From Eledone cirrhosa (taxonomy: Eukaryota): a stretch of 64,000 nucleotides of DNA. The position numbers were made by a program, and so were the translations under genes. The stretch is from contig OZ024754.1 in assembly GCA_964016885.1 (NCBI GenBank), positions 20,026,001-20,090,000 of the forward strand. Direction: 5' to 3'. A model generated the notes under the pieces. The model was not told where the DNA came from. It did no database searches and saw only the letters and a program-made list of their open reading frames with translations. The first letter of the stretch is position 1; each line of letters opens with the position of its first letter. Positions 56,571 to 64,000 of this stretch are shown here, piece after piece.

Positions 56571-59500
56571 TCAGATCAAGTCACTTGCCAGACATGTACA
56601 ACTGTGGCTAAAATGACTCTTCCATGATATAGTTACTTTATTATCAACACAGTCACAGATCAAGTCACTTGCCAGATGTGTACAACTGTGGCTAAAATGA
56701 CTCTTCCGTGATATATTTACTTTAGTTTCAACACAGTCTCAGATCCTGTCACTTGCGAGACATGTACAACTGTGGCTAAAATGACTCTTCCGTGATATAG
56801 TTACTTTAGTTTCAAAACAGTCTCAGATCAAGTCACTCGCTAGACATGTATAACTGTGGCTAAAATGACTCTTCCATGATATAGTTACTTTAGTTTCAAC
56901 ACAATCTCAGATCCTGTCACTTGCGAGACATGTACAACTGTGGCTAAAATGACTCTTCCATGATATAGTTACTTTAGTTTCAACACGGTCTTAGATCAAG
57001 TCACTTGCCACACTGTGGCTAAAATGACTCTTCCATGATATAGTTACTTTAGTTTTCAAACAGTCTCAGATCAAGTAACTTGCTAGACATGTATAACTGT
57101 GGCTAAAATGACTCCTCCATGATATAGTTACTTTAGTTTCAACACAGTTGCAGATCAGGTCACTTGCCAGACACGTACCACTGTGGCTAAAATGACTCTT
57201 CCATGATATAGTTACTTTAGTTTTAACACGGTCTCAGATCAACTCACTTGCCAGACATGTACAACTGTGGCTAAAATGACTCTTCCATGATATAGTTACT
57301 TTAGTTTCAACACGGTCTTAGATCAAGTCACTTGCCACACTGTGGCTAAAATGACTCTTCCATGATATAGTTACTTTAGATTTCAAACAGTCTCAGATCA
57401 ACTAACTTGCCAGACATGTATAACTGTGGCTAAAATGACTCCTCCATGATATAGTTACTTTAGTTTCAACACAGTTGCAGATCAGGTCACTTGCCAGACA
57501 CGTACCACTGTGGCTAAAATGACTCTTCCATGATATAGTTACTTTACTTTTAACACGGTCTCAGATCAACTCACTTGCCAGACATGTACAACTGTGGCTA
57601 AAATGACTCTTCCATGATATAGTTACTTTAGTTTCAACACGGTCTTAGATCAAGTCACTTGCCACACTGTGGCTAAAATGACTCTTCCATGATATAGTTA
57701 CTTTAGATTTCAAACAGTCTCAGATCAAGTAACTTGCTAGACATGTATAACTGTGGCTAAAATTACTCTTCCATGATATAGTTACTTTAGTTTCAACACA
57801 GTCACAGATCAAGTCACTTGCCAGACATGTACAACAATGGCTAAAATGACTCTTCCATGATATAGTTACTTTAGTTTCAACACAATCTCAGATCAAGTCA
57901 CTTGCCAGACATGTACAACTGTGGCTAAAATGACTCTTCCATGATATAGTTACTTTAGTTTCAGCACAGTCACAGATCAAGTCACTTGCCATACATGTAC
58001 AACTATGGCTCAAATGAATCTTCCATGATATAGTTACTTTAGTTTCAACACAGTCTCAGATCAAGTCACTTGTCATACGTGTACAACTGTGGCTAAAATG
58101 ACTCTTCCATGATATAGTTACTTTAGTTTCAACACAATCTCAGATCAAGTCACTTGCCAGACATGTACAACCGTGACTAAAATGACTCTTCCAGGACATA
58201 GTTACTTTAGTTTCAACACAATCTGAGATCAAGTCACTTGCCAGACATGTACAACTGTGACAAAAATGACTCTTCCATGATATAGTTACTTTAGTTTCAA
58301 CACAGTTTCAGATCAGGTCACTTGCCAGACACGTACCACTGTGGCTAAAATGACTCTTCCATGATATAGTTACTTTAGTTTCAACACAGTTTCACATCAA
58401 GTCACTTGCCAGACATGTACAACTGTGGCTAAAATAACTCTTCCATGATATAGTTACTTTAGTTTCAACACAATCTCAGATCCTGTCATTTGCGAGACAT
58501 ATACAACTGTGGCTAAAATGACTCTTCCATGATATAGTTACTTTAGTTTCAACACGGTCTTAGATCAAGTCACTTGCCAGACTGTGGCTAAAATGACGCT
58601 TATATGATATAGTTACTTTAGTTTTAAAACAGTCTCAGATCAAGTCCCTTGTAAGACATGTATAACTGTGGCTAAAATTACTCTTCCATGATATAGTTAC
58701 TTTAGTTTCAACACAGTCTCAGTTCAAGTCACTTGCCTGACATGTACAACTGTGACTATAATGACTCTTCCATGATATAGTTACTTTAGTTTCAACACAG
58801 TCTCAGATCAACTCACTTGCCAGACATGTACAACTGTGGCTAAAATGACTCTTCCATGATATAGTTACTTTAGTTTCAACACAATCTCAGATCAAGTCAC
58901 TTGCCAGACATGTACAACTGTGACTATAATGACTCTTCCATGATATAGTTGCTTTAGTTTCAACACAGTCACAGATCAAGTCACTTGCCAGACATATACA
59001 ACTGTGGCTAAAATGACTCTTCTGTGATATAGTTACTTTAGTTTCAACACAGTCTCAGATCAAGTCACTTGTCATACATGTACAACTGTGGCTAAAATGA
59101 CTCTTCCATGATATAGTTACTTTAGTTTCAACACAATCTCAGATCAAGTCACTTGCCAGACATGTACAACTCTGACTAAAATGACTCTTCCATGATATAG
59201 TTACTTTAGTTTCAACACAATCTGAGATCAAGTCACTTGCCAGACATGTACAACTGTGACAAAAATGACTCTTCCATGATATAGTTACTTTAGTTTCAAC
59301 ACAGTCTCAGATCAAGTCACTTGCCAGACATGTACAACTGTGGCTAAAATGACTCTTCCATGATATAGTTACTTTATTATCAACACAGTCACAGATCAAG
59401 TCACTTGCCAGATGTGTACAACTGTGGCTAAAATGACTCTTCCGTGATATATTTACTTTAGTTTCAACACAGTCTCAGATCCTGTCACTTGCGAGACATG

Positions 59501-62472
59501 TACAACTGTGGCTAAAATGACTCTTCCGTGATATAGTTACTTTAGTTTCAAAACAGTCTCAGATCAAGTCACTCGCTAGACATGTATAACTGTGGCTAAA
59601 ATGACTCTTCCATGATATAGTTACTTTAGTTTCAACACAATCTCAGATCCTGTCACTTGCGAGACATGTACAACTGTGGCTAAAATGACTCTTCCATGAT
59701 ATAGTTACTTTAGTTTCAACACGGTCTTAGATCAAGTCACTTGCCACACTGTGGCTAAAATGACTCTTCCATGATATAGTTACTTTAGTTTTCAAACAGT
59801 CTCAGATCAAGTAACTTGCTAGACATGTATAACTGTGGCTAAAATGACTCCTCCATGATATAGTTACTTTAGTTTCAACACAGTTGCAGATCAGGTCACT
59901 TGCCAGACACGTACCACTGTGGCTAAAATGACTCTTCCATGATATAGTTACTTTAGTTTTAACACGGTCTCAGATCAACTCACTTGCCAGACATGTACAA
60001 CTGTGGCTAAAATGACTCTTCCATGATATAGTTACTTTAGTTTCAACACGGTCTTAGATCAAGTCACTTGCCACACTGTGGCTAAAATGACTCTTCCATG
60101 ATATAGTTACTTTAGATTTCAAACAGTCTCAGATCAAGTAACTTGCTAGACATGTATAACTGTGGCTAAAATTACTCTTCCATGATATAGTTACTTTAGT
60201 TTCAACACAGTCACAGATCAAGTCACTTGCCAGACATGTACAACTATGGCTAAAATGACTCTTCCATGATATAGTTACTTTAGTTTCAACACAATCTCAA
60301 ATCAAGTCACTTGCCAGACATGTACAACTGTGGCTAAAATGACTCTTCCATGATATAGTTACTTTAGTTTCAGCACAGTCACAGATCAAGTCACTTGCCA
60401 GACATGTACAACTATGGCTCAAATGAATCTTCCATGATATAGTTACTTTAGTTTCAACACAGTCTCAGATCAAGTCACTTGTCATACATGTACAACTGTG
60501 GCTAAAATGACTCTTCCATGATATAGTTACTTTAGTTTCAACACAGTCACAGATCAAGTTACTTGCCAGACATGTACGGCTATGGCTAAAATGACTCTTC
60601 CATGATATAGTTACTTTAGTTTCAACACAATCTCAGATCAAGTCACTTGCCAGACATGTACAACTGTGGCTAAAATGATTCTTCCATGATATAGTTACTT
60701 TAGTTTCAACACAATCTCAGATCAAGTCACTTGCCAGACATGTACAACTGTGACTATAATGACTCTTCCATGATATAGTTACTTTAGTTTCAACACAGTC
60801 ACAGATCAAGTCACTTGTCATACATGTACAACTGTGGCTAAAATGACTCTTCTGTGATATAGTTACTTTAGTTTCAACACAGTCTCAGATCGAGTCACTT
60901 GTCATACATGTACAACTGTGGCTAAAATGACTCTTCCATGATATAGTTACTTTAGTTTCAACACAATCTCAGATCAAGTCACTTGCCAGACATGTACAAC
61001 TCTGACTAAAATGACTCTTCCATGATATAGTTACTTTAGTTTCAACACAATCTGAGATCAAGTCACTTGCCAGACATGTACAACTGTGATAAAAATGACT
61101 CTTCCATGATATAGTTACTTTAGTTTCAACACAGTTTCAGATCAGGTCACTTGCCAAACATGAACAACTGTGGCTAAAATGACTCTTCCATGATATAGTT
61201 ACTTTAGTTTCAACACAGTCTTAGATCAAATCACTTGCCAGACTGTGGCTAAAATGACTCTTCCATGATATAGTTACTTTAGTTTGAACACAGTCTCAGA
61301 TCAAGTTACTTGCCAGACATGTACAACTATGGCTAAAATGACTCTTCCGTGATATAGTTACTTGTGTTTCAACACAGTCACAGATCAAGTCACTTGCTAG
61401 ACATGTACAACTGTGGCTAAAATGACTCTTACATGATATAGTTACTTTAGTTTCAACACAATCTCAGAACAAGTCACTTGCCAGACATGTACAACCGTGA
61501 CTAAAATGACTCTTCCATGATATAGTTACTTTAGTTTCAACACAGTCACAGATCAAGTCACTTGCCAGACGTGTACAACTGTGGCTAAAATGACTCTTCC
61601 GTGATATATTTACTTTAGATTCAACACAGTCTCAGATCCTGTCACTTGCGAGACATGTACAACTGTGGCTAAAATGACTCTTCCATGATATAGTTACTTT
61701 AGTTTCAACACAGTTTCAGATCAGATCACTTGCCAGACACGTACCACTGTGGGTAAAATGACTCTTCCATGATATAGTTACTTTAGTTTCAACACAGTTT
61801 CACATCAAGTCACTTGCCAGACATGTACAACTGTGGCTAAAATAACTCTTCCATGATATAGTTACTTTAGTTTCAACACAATCTCAGATCCAGTCACTTG
61901 CGAGACATGTACAACTGTGGCTAAAATGACTCTTCCATGATAAAGTTACTTTAGTTTCAACACGGTCTTAGATCAAGTCACTTGCCAGACTGTGGCTAAA
62001 ATGACTCTTCCATGATATAGTTACTTTAGTTTCAACACAGTCACAGATCAAGTCACTTGCCAGGCATGTACAACTGTGGCTAAAATGACTCTTCCATGAT
62101 ATAGTTACATTAGTTTCAACACAGTCTCAGATCCTGTCACTTGCGAGACATGTACAACTGTGGCTAAAATGACTCTTCCATGATAAAGTTACTTTAGTTT
62201 CAACACGGTCTTAGATCAGGTCACTTGCCAGACTGTGGCTAAAATGACTCTTCCATGATATAGTTACTTTAGTTTCAACACAGTCACAGATCAAGTCACT
62301 TGCCAGGCATGTACAACTGTGGCTAAAATGACTCTTCCATGATATAGTTACTTTAGTTTCAACACAATCTCAGATCCTGTCACTTGCGAGACATGTACAA
62401 CTGTGGCTAAAATGACTCTTCCATGATATAGTTACTTTAGTTTCAACACGGTCTTAGATCAAGTCACTTGCC
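56571..62472. repeat. Copy 2 of the ~5.9-kb near-identical block
   Basis: Same markers as 47055-52956 shifted by 9516; I noticed about 8 single-base differences by eye. Confidence 0.92.
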
Positions 62473-64000
62473 ACACTGTGGCTAAAATGACTCTTCCATG
62501 ATATAGTTACTTTAGTTTTCAAACAGTCTCAGATCAAGTAACTTGCTAGACATGTATAACTGTGGCTAAAATGACTCCTCCATGATATAGATACTTTAGT
62601 TTCAACACAGTTGCAGATCAGGTCACTTGCCAGACACGTACCACTGTGGCTAAAATGACTCTTCCATGATATAGTTACTTTAGTTTTAACACGGTCTCAG
62701 ATCAACTCACTTGCCAGACATGTACAACTGTGGCTAAAATGACTCTTCCATGATATAGTTACTTTAGTTTCAACACGGTCTTAGATCAAGTCACTTGCCA
62801 CACTGTGGCTAAAATGACTCTTCCATGATATAGTTACTTTAGATTTCAAACAGTCTCAGATCAAGTAACTTGCTAGACATGTATAACTGTGGCTAAAATT
62901 ACTCTTCCATGATATAGTTACTTTAGTTTCAACACAGTCACAGATCAAGTCACTTGCCAGACATGTACAACTATTGCTAAAATGACTCTTCCATGATATA
63001 GTTACTTTAGTTTCAACACAATCTCAGATCAAGTCACTTGCCATACATGTACAACTGTGGCTAAAATGACTCTTCCATGATATAGTTACTTTAGTTTCAG
63101 CACAGTCACAGAACAAGTCACTTGCCAGACATGTACAACTATGGCTCAAATGAATCTTCCATGATATAGTTACTTTAGTTTCAACACAGTCTCAGATCAA
63201 GTCACTTGTCATACATGTACAACTGTGGCTAAAATGACTCTTCCATGATATAGTTACTTTAGTTTCAACACAATCTCAGATCAAGTCACTTGCCAGACAT
63301 GTACAACCGTGACTAAAATGACTCTTCCAGCACATAGTTACTTTAGTTTCAACATAGTCACAGATCAAGTCACTTGCCAGACATGTACAACTGTGGCTAA
63401 AATGACTCTTCCATGACATAGTTACTTTAGTTTCAACACAGTTTCAGATCAGGTCACTTGCCAGACACGTACCACTGTGGCTAAAATGACTCTTCCATGA
63501 TATAGTTACTTTAGTTTCAACACAGTTTCACATCAAGTCACTTGCCAGACATGTACAACTGTGGCTAAAATAACTCTTCCATGATATAGTTACTTTAGTT
63601 TCAACACAATCTCAGATCCTGTCATTTGCGAGACATGTACAACTGTGGCTAAAATGACTCTTCCATGATATAGTTACTTTAGTTTCAACACGGTCTTAGA
63701 TCAAGTCACTTGCCAGACTGTGGCTAAAATGACGCTTCTATGATATAGTTACTTTAGTTTTAAAACAGTCTCAGATCAAGTCCCTTGCTAGACATATATA
63801 ACTGTGGCTAAAATTACTCTTCCATGATATAGTTACTTTAGTTTCAACACAGTCTCAGTTCAAGTCACTTGCCAGACATGTACAACTGTGACTATAATGA
63901 CTCTTCCATGATATAGTTACTTTAGTTTCAACACAGTCTCAGATCAACTCACTTGCCAGACATGTACAACTGTGGCTAAAATGACTCTTCCATGATATAG

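Larger units (their letters stand above)
1..64000. repeat. 84-bp tandem satellite array, ~770 monomers, extending beyond both window edges
   Basis: Seen directly: the unit GTCACTTGCCAGAC...TCAGATCAA restarts at 1, 85, 169 and so on, with the last start at 63948. 63947 = 770x84 - 80x9 - 12 - 1, which matches my manual count of 80 short units. Most monomers differ from the consensus by 0-5 substitutions. No orientation switch or foreign insert was seen. Heterochromatic or (peri)centromeric eukaryotic origin is inference. Confidence 0.99.

Noticed and set aside
1-64000. C2H2 zinc-finger array (PRDM9-like), suggested by the 84-bp/28-codon period and a CxxC
   Set aside because: No frame has the C-x2-C-x12-H-x3-H pattern or a TGEKP linker, and all six frames of the consensus contain stops.
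1-64000. CRISPR array
   Set aside because: There are no unique spacers: the more variable half of the unit is still the same sequence with point variants. No cas genes or leader.
1-64000. Minus-strand frame LI*DCVETK... read with TGA=Cys (Euplotes code) or selenocysteine, since TGA alternates with TGT
   Set aside because: The same codon becomes TAA in GTCTTAGAT monomers, which are frequent. No SECIS-like unique sequence is present, and Sec in hundreds of repeats is unsupported.
1-64000. Plus frame 3 open under ciliate code 6 (consensus has only TAA/TAG stops)
   Set aside because: In-frame TGA appears in variants (GTCTTTGATC, TAGTGACTT near 891, GTCTCTGATC near 38553). TAR codons only rarely alternate with CAR, and no synonymous bias is visible.
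1-64000. CENP-B box, telomeric repeats, tRNA/5S/snRNA tandem genes
   Set aside because: No TTCG-N4-A-N2-CGGG motif and no TTAGGG-type repeats. The unit has no recognisable tRNA cloverleaf, A/B boxes, or 5S/snRNA sequence.
1-64000. Embedded transposon, unique insert or inversion
   Set aside because: Monomer phase is fully accounted for end to end (770x84 - 80x9 - 12 - 1), leaving no room for foreign sequence, and no reverse-orientation units were seen.

Overview
The whole 64 kb window is one uninterrupted, head-to-tail, single-orientation tandem array (satellite DNA) of an 84-bp, ~38% GC monomer. Consensus: GTCACTTGCCAGACATGTACAACTGTGGCTAAAATGACTCTTCCATGATATAGTTACTTTAGTTTCAACACAGTCTCAGATCAA. 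Phase arithmetic plus manual counting gives 770 complete monomers and a 53-bp partial: 689 of 84 bp, 80 with the same 9-bp deletion (75 bp; one of these also lacks 1 bp, 74 bp) and one of 72 bp. I saw no unique sequence, transposon, RNA gene or credible standard-code gene. The consensus has a stop in all six frames, and the listed ORFs are artefacts of variant monomers. The information lies in the variants: nested, irregular block duplications (243 bp to 9.5 kb offsets), two domains separated by a diverged island at ~28.8-30.1 kb, a quasi-palindrome whose bulge is removed exactly by the 9-bp deletion, CA/CG/TG triads suggesting CpG methylation, and near-complete conservation of 3-bp phase. I do not recognise the satellite family or organism. 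I found no convincing novel gene system; the recoded-ORF idea is reported as a weak, testable hypothesis only.
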